Assembly (NCBI RefSeq): GCF_006345805.1
Contig: NC_042998.1
Coordinates: forward strand, 50,716,001-50,780,000
Reading direction: 5' to 3'
Source: Octopus sinensis
Lineage: Eukaryota
Length of the DNA stretch: 64,000 nt
Positions 12,231 to 24,380 of this stretch are shown here, piece after piece; position 1 is the first letter of the stretch, and every line of letters begins with the position of its first letter. A program made the position numbers and the translations under genes. Under the pieces are notes generated by a model. It was not told the DNA's origin and did not search any database. It worked only from the letters and a program-made list of their open reading frames with translations.

Positions 12231-12626
12231 GTAAGCAGCGAGCTGACAGAATCGTTAGCACGCCAGGCAAAATGCTTAGTGGTATTTCGTCGGTCGTTAC
12301 GTTCTGAGTTCAAATTCCGCCAAGGTTGACTTTGCCTTTCATCCTTTTGGGGTCAATTAAATAAGTACCAGTTACGCACTGGGGTCGATATAATTGACTT
12401 AATCCGTTTATCTGTCCTTGTTTAGACCCTTGTGGATAGTAAAGAAATAGGTATTTCGTCGGCCGTTACGTTCTGAGTTCAAATTCCACCGAGGTCAACT
12501 TTGCGTTTCATCCTTTTGGAGTCGATAAATTAGGTACCAGTTACACACTGGGGTCGATGTAATCGACTTAATACTTTGTCTGTCCCCTCTATGTTTAGCC
12601 CCTTGTGGGCAATAAAGAAATAAGAA
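12231..12626 (+). mobile_element. Dimeric tRNA-derived SINE, family S1 (tail type a)
   Basis: Pol III-like head AGCTGACAGAATCGTTAG..GAGTTCAAATTCC, core GCCTTTCATCCTTTTGGGGTC..AAGTACCAG (Deu/Nin-like domain) and tail, then a second monomer from GTATTTCGTCGG at about 12451. Confidence 0.85.
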
Positions 12627-12975
12627 TCTTGCTTCCCAACCATATTCAGTCCTGATTCAGTCCCACTGCATGGCACCTTGGGCAGGTGTCTTCAATTATA
12701 GCTTCAGGCCAACCTAAAACTTGCAAGTAGATGGAAACTGAAAGAAGCCTGTTATATTTATATGTGTGTGTGTGTGTGTCTTTGTCCTCCATCACCACTT
12801 GACAACTGCTGTTAGTGTGTTTAAGTCCCTGTAACCCTGCAGTTCAGCAAAAGAGTCTGATAGAATAAGTGCTAGGCTTAAAAAAATAAATCTAGGGTCA
12901 ATTTGTTTGGCTAAAACCCTTCCAGGCGGTTTTCCAGCATGGTCACAGTCAAATGGCTGAAACATGTAAAATATA
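12627..12975 (+). mobile_element. S2 SINE
   Basis: CTTGCTTCCCAACC..GCACCTTGGGCAGGTGTCTT..GAAAGAAGCC, (TG)n, tail CCAGCATGGTCACAGTCAAATGGCTGAAAC. Confidence 0.75.
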
Positions 12976-13187
12976 AAAAGATGACCTACCAAAAAATAGA
13001 ATTGGTTATTTTCTGCAAGTCATGTTGCTTCACCAAACTCAACCTATTTCTACAGAAAATACTTTCAAACATGGCATTTCTCAACAAAAGATAGATTGCT
13101 ATGTAAATAAAACTGCTTTCCTACAGTTAAAGGTAATAAAATTTTTAGTCGATATATCTTTTTCCTGCAGTAAAAGGGTTACTCTCT

Positions 13188-13385
13188 CTTTACTCTTTTA
13201 CTTGTTTCAGTCAGTTTACTGTGGCCATGCTGGAGCACCGCCTTTAGTCGAGCAAATCGATCCCAGGACTTATTCTTTGGAAGCCTAGTACTTATTCTAT
13301 CGGTCCCTTTTGCTGAACCGCTAAGTTACGGGAACGTAAGCACACCACCATCAGTTGTCAAGTGATGTTATGGGGACAAACGTAT

Positions 13386-13439
<54 letters not shown>

Positions 13440-13575
13440 GATGGGCTTCTTTCGGTTTCCGTCGGCCCGAGGCTATAGTAGAAGACACTTGCCCAAGGTG
13501 CCATGCAGTGGGACTGAACTCGGAATCATGTGGTTGGTAAGCAAGCTACTTACCACACAGCCACTCCTATGCCTA
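13188..13575 (-). mobile_element. S2 SINE, well preserved
   Basis: A-box TGGCTGTGTGG, B-box-like AGTTCAGTCCC, CCTTGGGCAAGTGTC (CORE/V-like motif), internal (TA)n, tail GGTGCTCCAGCATGGCC..GAAACAAGTAAAAGAG. Confidence 0.88.
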
Positions 13576-13725
13576 TGATGATGCAACTTTACAGGAAAGA
13601 CTCATTACTGCACCACCTGATTGATTATTCAAGTGACTAGTATGTATCTTACATCACCAGATGTTTACTACTGCATGTCAGCAACTACCTGTGATTATCC
13701 AAGTACAACCTGTCCTTTCATATCC

Positions 13726-13933
13726 TTAACCTTTTAGCATTCAGATTACTGTGTCAAATGTATTTCACATTATTTTGAATTAATCCAGCATTATATTGTA
13801 GCTCTGAGATTTTTGTGATGTGATTGTATTGAGATTGCAGGGTAACTGTAAGAGGCTGGATCTGGTCAGTTTAGACATAAAATTGATAGAATATTTGAAC
13901 TGGATATGGCCAGTTTAATTGCTAAAAGGTTAA
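13726..13933. mobile_element. TTAA-flanked MITE (piggyBac-type ends)
   Basis: TTAA-CCTTTTAGCA ... TGCTAAAAGG-TTAA. Same family as 42267-42501; fragments also near 24460 and 27780-27930. Confidence 0.8.
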
Positions 13934-13989
13934 CAGCTATTTTGACTTTATGCCTGTCAACTTCAATGGTGAATCCCTCTGAATCCAAT

Positions 13990-14755
13990 CAAACTTGATC
14001 CTGATTCTCATGCATTATTCTCATGCAGTTTACCTTTCATTGTAACATTTTCTTGTCTCTTCTCAATATCAGTGAATGTATATGTGCCACTATCTTTATG
14101 CACTCATCTCTTACTGACAACATCTTGTTTCATGCAAACATGCAATCTCCTACATCTCATATTTCCAATCCTCTTAATGCAGAACATTGATGTTGACAAA
14201 CCACTTTCTGCTTTTCTCTGAGCTTCATATAACTGACATCTAGCTACCTAGTTTTGTTTCTTGCTTGCACCTTTCGCTCATTCTCTCCAGGCCTGTCTTT
14301 TAGCTTTAATGATTATCTACTATACCACTCCACCACTGTGTCACCTTCCACTTGGATAACGCCATGTTCTATCCACAGGTCTGATTTGTGGACCACATAA
14401 AGTTGTCTCTGTTGAAACTCCCAGTTGCCTTGTGTTGTAGGTTTCCGTATTCTTCTTGACATACATTCTTTTCTACTCTAGGTACAAGGCCTGAAATTTT
14501 TGGGAAGGGTGCCAGTCGATTAGATTGACCCTAGTATGCAACTGGTACTTAATGCATCGACCCCAAAAGGATGAAAGGCAAAGTTGACCTTGGCGGAATT
14601 TGAACTCAGAACGTAAAGACAAACGTACCACCTGGTACTCCTTTGCTTGGCTGAGTGATCTTTCAGCTTTCATAACGTTCTTCATCCTGTTGTGTTTCAT
14701 GTTTCTTGTGTTCACCTTTAACTCTGATGTCACCAGTTGATGTTAAATAAATATA
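13990..14755 (-). mobile_element. Old degraded RTE-A copy (endonuclease-RT linker) interrupted by an S1 SINE (about 14478-14632)
   Basis: Minus-strand translation gives QHQLVTSELKV and TQWWSGIVDNxxKAKRQAWRE, matching QHRLVVSDFRI and TWWWNNIVDRAIRQKKQAWKA of the intact ORF. Confidence 0.7.
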
Positions 14756-15354
14756 CTTTAATAGAGTCTTGAATATTCACAACCATCGGGCTCTTATTTT
14801 ATATTGAATCTGAAGTCTGTCTGGCTAACATGTTTAATTGATTGGTAGGTGCTCAGAAAATTGCAGAGCTATCAGATGTTAGTATTGCAAATGGTTAATG
14901 TCGTTTGCATTGCAGAAACCCCAAAAGCCTTGATCTTTCTTCATTCCATGTACCAAAGCAAAAACTTGCCCTGGGAGTTGGAATAATGCAGTCAAAAGTG
15001 AAAGCATGTAATTGTGAAGCAAACTTCTTAAACTATGAATTGCTTTCATACAAGATATTTATTAAGCTTGGCTTGAAAATAGTTTTAGTGTTATAACCTG
15101 TAAAGAGAACAAGCAGATCTAATAATTAAGCAATCACTATTTCAGTCTAACAAGTGCCATCATTGGTTGTAAGGTTTAATTATTAATTTATTCATTTATT
15201 CTATGACATGCTACTTATCTGTGTACATGTGTGTGTATATGCATGTGATTTTAAAAAAAATTATCTTTTATATTTTACAGGTAAGCCATTGTATACATTT
15301 GTTTTTAATGTTTGATTATGTTTTTTACTGTGTATCTATGACAATGAGTATTTT

Positions 15355-15390
15355 TAATCTTTTTTTTCTTTTCTTTTTTCTTTTTTCTAG
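15355..15390 (+). promoter_or_regulatory. 3' splice acceptor of the Pygopus last exon
   Basis: Polypyrimidine tract of more than 30 nt ending TTTTTTCTAG at 15390; the exon starts in frame (phase 0) with the Pygopus ORF. Confidence 0.8.
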
Positions 15391-15849
15391 CCGAGCCCCA
15401 CAATACCCGAGTTGATTCCTCCTCCTCCAGTGCCACCCAATCCGGGTAGCTGTGCAAAGACCAACACGATCTTTGCACAGAATCCGTTTGATGACCAACC
15501 AATACCATCTCTGAACATGCCAAACAAACAAATGATGGCACATGCCCAACCCGTTGGGCCACCATCTGGCCCCTCTGAGAAGGTCTACCCGCGAAACAAG
15601 TCGATGGTCTTTAATCCTGCCAACCCTAATGCCCCGCCCATCTACCCTTGCGGCACCTGTCATAAAGAGGTTCACGACAGTGACCAGGCCATTCTCTGTG
15701 AGAGCGGCTGTAACTTCTGGTTCCATCGCATCTGCACTGGTTTGACAGAGGACGCTTATCACCTGCTAAGGGCAGAGGTCTATGCAGAATGGGTCTGCGA
15801 CAAATGCCTATCGACCAAAAATATCCCACTGGTGAAGATGAAGCCATGA
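15391..15849 (+). CDS. pygo: Pygopus homolog, terminal coding exon (152 aa: NPF motif of the N-terminal homology domain plus PHD finger)
   Basis: ELIPPPP..IFAQNPFDD matches the Pygo NHD, and YPCGTCHKEVHDSDQAILCESGCNFWFHRICTGLTEDAYHLLRAEVYAEWVCDKC is the Pygo-type C4HC3 PHD. The preceding KVYPRNKSMVFNP segment is also Pygo-like. Stop TGA at 15847-15849. No upstream NLS exon was found in 1-15390. Confidence 0.93.
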   Translation, partial: PSPTIPELIPPPPVPPNPGSCAKTNTIFAQNPFDDQPIPSLNMPNKQMMAHAQPVGPPSGPSEKVYPRNKSMVFNPANPNAPPIYPCGTCHKEVHDSDQAILCESGCNFWFHRICTGLTEDAYHLLRAEVYAEWVCDKCLSTKNIPLVKMKP

Positions 15850-16576
15850 AGCAAGTTTGCCAGAAGAATAAAACACAACAACAACAACAACAACTTCATT
15901 CTGATTTTTTTTTTATCTCCAGTAGTACATCACTACACACATATATAAATATATATATATATATGTATATATACACATTTATATATATATATATATATAT
16001 TTTTATATATATCTTCATAATCATAACACTGAACAAAAGAACTGTTTTAGAATATGATTGCTGCCAAATCAATCATTACTAACATCTTCATATATCATGT
16101 GTCATTCTACAGACAAATCTTTCCTTTTTAAGTTCTTTTTACATTTTTTTTTTATCTTTTACTTTCTTTGAATAAATTAAAAGAAAAAAAAGAGACGAAC
16201 AAACAATAAACACCTCTTGTCAACTAGCAATAAAGAACTAATTGTTTAAAGCCGTCCACTGCATAATAATATCTTCGTGTTAGACAACCTGTATTTTTTC
16301 AAGGCATTGCCTTTGATTTGTTCATGACTACTGTACATTTTTGCTTGACCCTCTTTCTCTCTTTCATTCCCTCTCTCTTCCTCTTTTTGTCTTCCTCTTC
16401 CTCCTCCACTTGATTTAAAACTTATTTAATTTTAGGTTGAAAATTATATTGAACAAAAGTATTCACTCAAGTATGTATTTATTTCTATCATATACATTAA
16501 CACAAATACACACACATATATGCAACAAGGGCAAATGAAATGAAGAAAAAAATACTCAATATTGAAAAGCAAAACA

Positions 16577-16790
16577 AGGTGGCGAGCTGGCAGAATTGTT
16601 AGCACACCAGGCGAGATGCTTAGCTCATCCATCTTTACATTCTGAGTTCAAATTCTGCTGCGGTCAACTTCGCCTTTCGTCCTTTTTTAAGGTCGATAAA
16701 ATAAGTACCAGTTGAGCATTGGGATCGATGTAATCAACTTACACCCTCTCCTGAAATTGCTGGCCTTGTGCCAAAATTTGAAATTGATAT
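16577..16790 (+). mobile_element. S1 SINE (tail type b)
   Basis: GGTGGCGAGCTGGCAGAATTGTTAG..GAGTTCAAATTC..GCCTTTCGTCC..AAGTACCAG..GGCCTTGTGCCAAAATTTGAA. Confidence 0.8.
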
Positions 16791-18917
16791 TAAAAGCAAA
16801 ATGACATATTAGGTTTTATTGAGGCCTGAATAATTTTGCAAGTGTCGCTCCGAATTTCACATAATTGATTTTATGCATGTATGTATACACATACATATAT
16901 ATTCACACATGTATATAATTAATACAGTCACACAGCCTACAGCCTAACTCTTTTATAATACCCTAGGCATGACGTGTACAGTCCATGCTTCAAGTTTGTA
17001 TAGGTGAGAGCTTAGTAGCAGCTCTTGTACACATGCATGCATCACACACAAACACACACACACAAAAATTCTATGCCTAGACCCAAAAATATAGTAAATC
17101 ATTGCTACAATTTTTGTGATTTTTTTTAAGGTACTGGATTACAAGGTTCATGTAGCCCTACTACAACCAAAAAATGTTTTTCTTGAAGTCTCCTTTCTGG
17201 TCAAAACCTTTTTAAGAGTTGGCTGGAGAAAGGGTAACCAATTACAATGATAAAATATTTGTGCCAAAGATTAAGGTATGTAAGTAGCTAAATTTGCTAA
17301 AAACAGAAGTCCCTGCCATTGGGAAGCAAAAAAAAATTATAAATTGACTAAGAGGGAGAAAAGCAATGGAAAATCTAAGGGAAGGATCTAGAGAAAGAGA
17401 AAGGTGTTATTGTACTCCCTATGAAATTCTATGTCTGTCTAGGTTATACTTTCCCTTTGTGCAGATTCTATGTGCATTTTGATATCACAAGTATGTTGTT
17501 GTTGATTGTTGTTGTTTGTTTGTTTTTTTAATTCCTTAAATCTGATGGGTTGTGTTCGAAGCCTTTTTTAAGCCCTCCTAGACTGAAGTTGAAAAACGTG
17601 TATGTTTATGTATGTGAGATGATGATTATCACTTCAAGCTTATCAGTGAATGAAATCAGCCATTGTTCTCTCTTTTTCTCTCTCTCTCTCTCCCACACAC
17701 ACATGCAGCTTGATAAAGATCTTCCCCTAATCACTCCATAACTTTCAGCTTTAGGTACCTAATCTCCTGTTTTTGTTGTGGTTGGAGATATGAAGGGCAT
17801 CTGATAGTTATATTTTTAGGAGTCATTTGAAAAGTTCAGGCTCTATTTTAACATGCTACCCTTCTATATACTGGCACATATCAACTACAATCCATGACTT
17901 ATTCATTTTACTCATTATATTTACAGTAGACTTGTTTCCTGGGTTCCTCTACCTATCACCCAAAAGAAGTGCCATTCAGTTGGTGCAACTACACTTGGCA
18001 GTCTAGCGTATGTCAGAGAGTCATTTCTCTTCTATGTGCATTTGTATACTCAGGATAACATATGATTTGGTGTTTCATTGCAGGTTTGTGTGTGTATGTG
18101 TGTGCATATGTACATTTTCATATTAATTGAATCTCATTATTTCACCTAATTAATAACACTGGATGTGGATGATGCAGCTGTTCCTAATATATATATGTAT
18201 GTTGGTTCAAACAGGTAAAATTGAACTCGAATATAAACTCACAAGCCTTCGACTTGTGATTAGCTTGATGAAACTCTCAGACCTTGAGTCACTCTGTTAC
18301 TTCTGCTAAATATTAATATATATATATATATATTATATATATATATATATATATAATATATATATATATATATAATTATCAAAGTTGGGAGATAAGTCCA
18401 GAGCTTATAGATATAAAAGTAAATAAATAATTAATATACTCTTTTCCTTTGTTAACTTTGTTTGATATATATATATATATAATATATATATATATTCTAC
18501 TTTGGATGATGATATAGCTAGCATGCAAACAAAATTATACATGATATTTGTTGAGAGTGCTTTGTGTCTTTCATATATATATATTTATATATATATATCA
18601 TTAACAGACAAAATTCTAAAGCCATTCAGCAATATTAGATTAACACTGTAACTGATAGACAGTAGCTATATTCATAGGTAGACACTTGCTATACTGATAG
18701 CTTTTCATTGAGGTGGCGGTGCTTCTGTTACTGATTATGGTTAGCATGAAAGGTGATATATCTTATTTATAACTAATCCAACACAATGCCAGAATGGTAG
18801 TAATGATAATGATATCAACATATCATGCTGACATGAATTGGATAACTCTGCAATGTCTTACATCAACTTTCTTGATTGGTTAAAATGAATGCTGACGACT
18901 AATGGTAGTCTGCTGGT

Positions 18918-19003
18918 GTGAACGACTCACGGGATTCTTCAGGTTGCCATTGTGGCATGTGAATTCCAATATGGTGACTTGAAGAATTGCCTGAGTCTTT
19001 TGC
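18918..19003 (+). ncRNA. Candidate pri-miRNA hairpin
   Basis: 18924-18955 pairs with 18966-18997: 32 positions with 24 Watson-Crick pairs, 4 G-U pairs and 4 mismatches, and a 10-nt loop CAUGUGAAUU. The stem extends to about 18917/19004. Confidence 0.5.
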
Positions 19004-19333
19004 AAGAGGAAACAGCCAGTAGTTGCCTCTACTGACTTCAGCTAACCAAAATAAATTAATACTCACAGTATTGAGTACTTTTTCCTTTATTCTTTATTAT
19101 TAATAAATGTGTGTATGTACGTATGTGTGTGTAATGATATATATACATACAGACACACACACACACACACACACATGCATGCATGCTTGTTTGGTTTAGT
19201 AGTTTGCTTCTCAACCACATGATTCTGGGTTCAATCTCGCTGCATGATACCTTGGGTAAGTGTCTCCTACCTTAGCCCTAAGCTGACCAAATCCTTGTCA
19301 GTGAATTTGGTAGATAGAAACTGAAAGAAGCTC

Positions 19334-19376
<43 letters not shown>

Positions 19377-21569
19377 TATATATGTGTTTGTGTCCTTATT
19401 CTAACATCTCATGTCAACATCATACTAACAACGTCATTCATTTCCTTTTTTTTTTTTTTGTGGAAACATGTCTGGCTAAGGGGAAATATTACCTTGTTTG
19501 CAAACAGGTGAGGGTAACAGGAAAGGCATCCAGCTGTAGAAAAATTTCCTTGACAAATTTCATCTTACTCATGTAAGTATGAAAAAGTAGATGTTAAAAT
19601 GATGACAGTGTAACCTGGTGCAGCTCTTGTCAAACCGTCCAACCCATGTCAGCAGGGAAAATGGATGTTAGATGATGATGATGATGATATATGTTTGTGT
19701 GTGTGTCATCATCATATTAATGTGAACTTTTACATACTTACATGGGTCAGGTGGAATTTGTTGAGACAAATTTTCTACAGCTGAATGCCTTTCCTGTCAC
19801 AAACCCTCACCTGTGTCCAAGCAAGGTTATATTTACCTGTGACCTGATATGTTTTCACACAAGATTAAGGATATATATACATATATGTATATATACCTCG
19901 CTGCACACACACATCTGAGTGTAGAAATGGGAGAAAAAGTACTCAATACACATAATAGAGTTCATTCATACTGTCAACTGTCAAAGCTGGGTTCTTTTTT
20001 TTTTTCACCTGAAGGATCTCACAAAGCAGGGAAAGTCTGAGTAGTGACAGAATTAATCATCAACTTCAAATGAATGTGTATACATGCCTTTTTTTTTTTT
20101 TTTTTTTTTTTGGTGTGTATGATATGGATTTACATATGCTAATGCAAGTTAAGGCATCTACATACACATTACATTTAATATATATCATATATACACTCAT
20201 GAATATCTGCATAGATAACAGTCCACACATACGCACCTCTTAATCTCCCTTTCTTCTGGTGCTACTAAACAGCTCATCTCTGTAACCAAAATATTTGCAC
20301 CATGCTGACAGCATCATTTTCTTACCTAAGTAGTCTCTCTATTATTTACAACCTACTTACTATAAGTATTATTCTCAACCTCTCTCTCTCTCTCTACAAA
20401 TACACACCATACATATATATATGTGTATATATATATATGTGTGTGTGTGTAAAGAATTAATATACATGCTCATTTAGATTCTATCCAGACAGGAATATCA
20501 GAAGATTATTATTGTTATGAATATCATATGATTTGATTGTCTTCTATTTCATTCAATTCTGTCTTCTGTGTCTAACATTCTGTATGGAATCTGTTGAACA
20601 TCAACTTATAAATTTGCCAAACTCTGACCTCTTTTCTCACAATATATGGTAATATAAGGACAAACTCTTTAAACTCTTCTTCTTATATTAACCTCCACAC
20701 ACCATTACATCCTCCTCCTTCTTCCTTCTTTTACTTCTTAATTTTCTACTTGATATTAAACATTATAAACATGAATTTGTAACAGGAATGCAAAACAACT
20801 TTATTAACGAGGTCGTCGACCAGCAAGCAGTAGATAGGTACATACGTGATTCAAATCTCTCATCAGCATGCCTGCTTTTTCCTTTCTGTCTCAAATTGGT
20901 ATTCATAATGTCTAATATAACTTCATGTTGAAAATCTAAGCAGTTATCATACACACACACAATCTGTCTGTTATCATTATAAGTTCTATATTTCAAGTTT
21001 TCTTTTTCTCTCATTCTTCTCCTTTTGGTATCATCTATTTCTTTCTCTTTTCAAGATGTTAACTCTGTTCTTCTAACTTATTTGAAGGAATTCTTGCGTG
21101 TAAATCTCTAGAAAGTGTGTGTGTTTATTATCAAATATATACATAATCATAAGACTTAGAAATTCCCTATTCACAAAAAAAAGAAAAGAAAAGAATCCAG
21201 TATGGACAATGTAATAGATAGAGTATGTAAAATGTATTATAGTTTATTTTCACAAGTTGTAACATGTTTCAGCTTCAGAGAAAGAATGAAGATATAAAAG
21301 AGATAAATGAATTGCAACTTATAAGAATAAACTAATATATATATATAATTATAATAATAATAATAGGGAGTACAACTCCAAACTTACAGGGAAAAATTCA
21401 ATTTCACATTTCTATATATAGTATATATATATGCTTTTATGTATTTGTTTTGCAAGATTTCTGATGTCAAATTTTGTGTTCAAACAGGTATTGCTATATA
21501 TCAGAATGGTTATTTTTTTAAATTAACACATGCAAAATATATTTGTTCCTCACTTCAGCTTTATTGTTA

Positions 21570-21784
21570 ATACTGTTCTATATTTTTCAGATGAGGAATT
21601 ATGTACATTATTTACAATGGACGGATAGTGTCCTCACTTTGTTTGTTGTTATCACAACATTTCAGCTGATGTACTCTCCAGACTTCATCAGGTGTTCTGG
21701 TGGGATTTTGAGCCCACCAGAACACCTGATGAAGGCTAGAGAGTACATCAGCTGAAATGTGGTAACAACAAACAAATTGAGGAC
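21570..21784. mobile_element. Fold-back element with hammerhead-core arms (Penelope pLTR-like)
   Basis: Inverted arms 21630-21704 and 21713-21784 with an 8-nt spacer. Each outward-reading arm has CTGATGA-A-stem II-GAAA (plus copy 21726-21757). Confidence 0.75.
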
Positions 21785-21811
21785 TACTCTATTGCTGTTC
21801 TTATTTTAGTG

Positions 21812-22004
21812 TCCTTTGTCTTAAATCTTTCATCACACATCGTGTGACCTCTTCAGCAACTCTCCTTCCACATGTCTTCTCCTGTCCTATTTAGTCCAAA
21901 AAAAAAAACAACAGAATGGACTAAACAGGACAGGAGCAGACACTTGGGATGGAAAGTCAATGAAGAGGTCACAGGATGTGTGACGAAACATTAAAGGCAA
22001 AGGA
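21812..22004. mobile_element. Second fold-back element with hammerhead-core arms (different family)
   Basis: Inverted arms 21812-21897 and 21918-22004. Plus arm reads (A)TGAAGA-G-GTCACA-GGATG-TGTGAC-GAAAC; minus arm reads CTGAAGA-G-GTCACA-CGATG-TGTGAT-GAAA. Confidence 0.65.
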
Positions 22005-24380
22005 ATAAGGACAATAATAAAACTGGAATAAAGAACAAGTTTATATTGTGTACATTTATTTGGCAAAAAAAAATTGATCATCCTTAAATATAATAGTGTG
22101 TGTGTGTTGTACTTCTTTGCATTTAATTCAATCTGAGGTAGTATGTTGAAACAAACAATTGTATCATAATATAGTTCTGATAGTCATTTAGAATACATAT
22201 ACACTGTTATATTCACTTGTGTTTCATTTTATGTTAGTACATTTTCAGTGAAAGAGTGTCAACATATGTGTGTGTGTGTGTGTGTGTTTATATTTACTAA
22301 GCCGGGGTAAAAGTTTAGAATTTTAAAGATTAGGTCTAATCTTGTCTGATTCTATTCTTCGGTTAAAGAATAAACTGCATTGCTGTTGGAAATAGAATCT
22401 CTTGAATAACTGAAATATTAAAATGGCCTGGTTATCAAGCAGTTGATAAAAGTGAAAAATAAAAGTTAACTTTCTTTCTTGGGTTCATCTCCACAAAAGG
22501 GCTATAGTTCTGAAAGGGCAACAATATATGTCTTGAAGTTTACCAAGAGCGTTTATTCCTTCTTTTTTTTTTTTTTTTTTTTTTCACCTCTTTCTTGCTC
22601 TCTCTTCCTTGCCAAGACAAGCAAAATATCTGACTATCAAACTTGTTTGATTTAAAATGTATGATCAGAAAAAAAAAGGTAGCAAAACAAAATTAAGATA
22701 TGGCCAGTCCAAGCTTAAATTGTAGCTGGATTTAAATGATGTCTAAAGCAATGCTGTGCAACTTAACACATCATGGATGCAGCTAAAGATTTAGTACGCA
22801 CCATGTGTGTTTTTATATAACTTCCTCAAATTCCTTAAAATGAAAATATAGATTCAATTCCTCTTATAAATAAAAATTCTTAAACCCTTTTGTTACCATA
22901 TTTCTGTTGAAATACACATTTCCCTTGTTTCGATTAATTTATAAAATCTTTTCTACGGGTGGCACAAAGCCTGAAATCTTTTGGGATGGGGGCTAATTGG
23001 TTACATCGACACCAATAATTGTTGTCATCATTAGGCAGGGTGTTTGGAACATAGATTAGAATGAAACTTTGAAAGGAAGGTTTTTTTTTAATTAGATCGT
23101 TTTAAACTGGAAATGTTCATCCTAGACCAGGGGCAATCTCGGGCAGGTTGGTTATCAAAAGGGTGAAAACAAATTTCATTTAAATTAATTTTTAAGAAAA
23201 GAAAAAAAGCAAACACCAGTTTTATCGCAATCTATTTTTCACACTATATCATCATATTATTGATGAGCAGTTTGTTATTTAAGAAATTTACAGTAACACT
23301 CCCAATCTTCAAGTTATATTTAAAAAAAAAAAAAAAAGAAAGAAAAGGAAAAAATAAATGAAGGAAGGAAGAAAGACGAAAAAACTGTCAAGTTAGCATC
23401 TCTTGATTTGTAACTTTTCAGTTAATCAGCTTCGAAACTGTTTCAGAGCTTCAATGTTCTTATCCTGGTTATAAGCTTTCCTACTGTCTGTTTTATATAT
23501 GTTCTTTAGAACTCATGTCTGTCCTTCCCTCTTGTTCTACATTTACATTTTTGTAATGTAATAATGTATGTACATGTTTTTAACCGATCAAGCTTCGACC
23601 TTTTTTGGCTGTTGCTTTGTCCCCAAAAGTTTTTTTTTTTTTTACTGTTTTTGTATTTTTTTTTCTATAATTTTTATTGTGCCTATACTGGCATTATATA
23701 TATACTCTTTATATGTACTGGCTTTCAGTCTTTTGGCTGAGACCATACCGAGAGTTATGTATATATATATGTTACAAGGTTTGAGATTTTTTATTTGAAG
23801 CCCTGTTGCGTGTTATATATGTAGTATGTAATTTTATATCCCAAACGTATCCCAATGTTATTTTTTGTAAGCTTTTGTCCGTGTATAACACTTCCCAGAA
23901 ACTGCACACACATTACTCTGTGTAATGTATTTTCTAATAAGCAGTATCACATCAATGATACGTATATGTATATATATATATATGTGTGTATATATGTGTA
24001 TGTATGCATATGTATAATATGCATACATATATATATATGTAATATGTACATGGATATATGTATATGTGTGTGTGTATGTATGTATGTATATATATATATA
24101 TGCATATATATATATGTATGTATAGATATATGTGTGTATGTAATATATGTATGTATATGCACACACATATATATATTCCACTCTTCAGATGATAAAGACT
24201 CTAAGTGGTTGTAACAACAGAGATGTATGTTTGTTTCCACAAAAACAAAAAAAGAAATATTCAACCTGTAACTTCTTTTAATTTTTATTTTAAAAAAAAA
24301 ATTTTATTTTATTTTTTATTTTTATTTTTATTTTTATTTTTTATTCTTTGTCTTTATATGGAATGAAACAAATCAGTGGT

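Noticed and set aside
15305-15847. Minus-strand ORFs overlapping the pygo exon
   Set aside because: Antisense shadows of a GC-richer coding exon; no motifs.
23855-24264. ORFs rich in Y/I/H/T/C (also 25856-26216, 29697-30066, 51559-52141, 56910-57186)
   Set aside because: Translations of (TA)n/(CA)n microsatellites.
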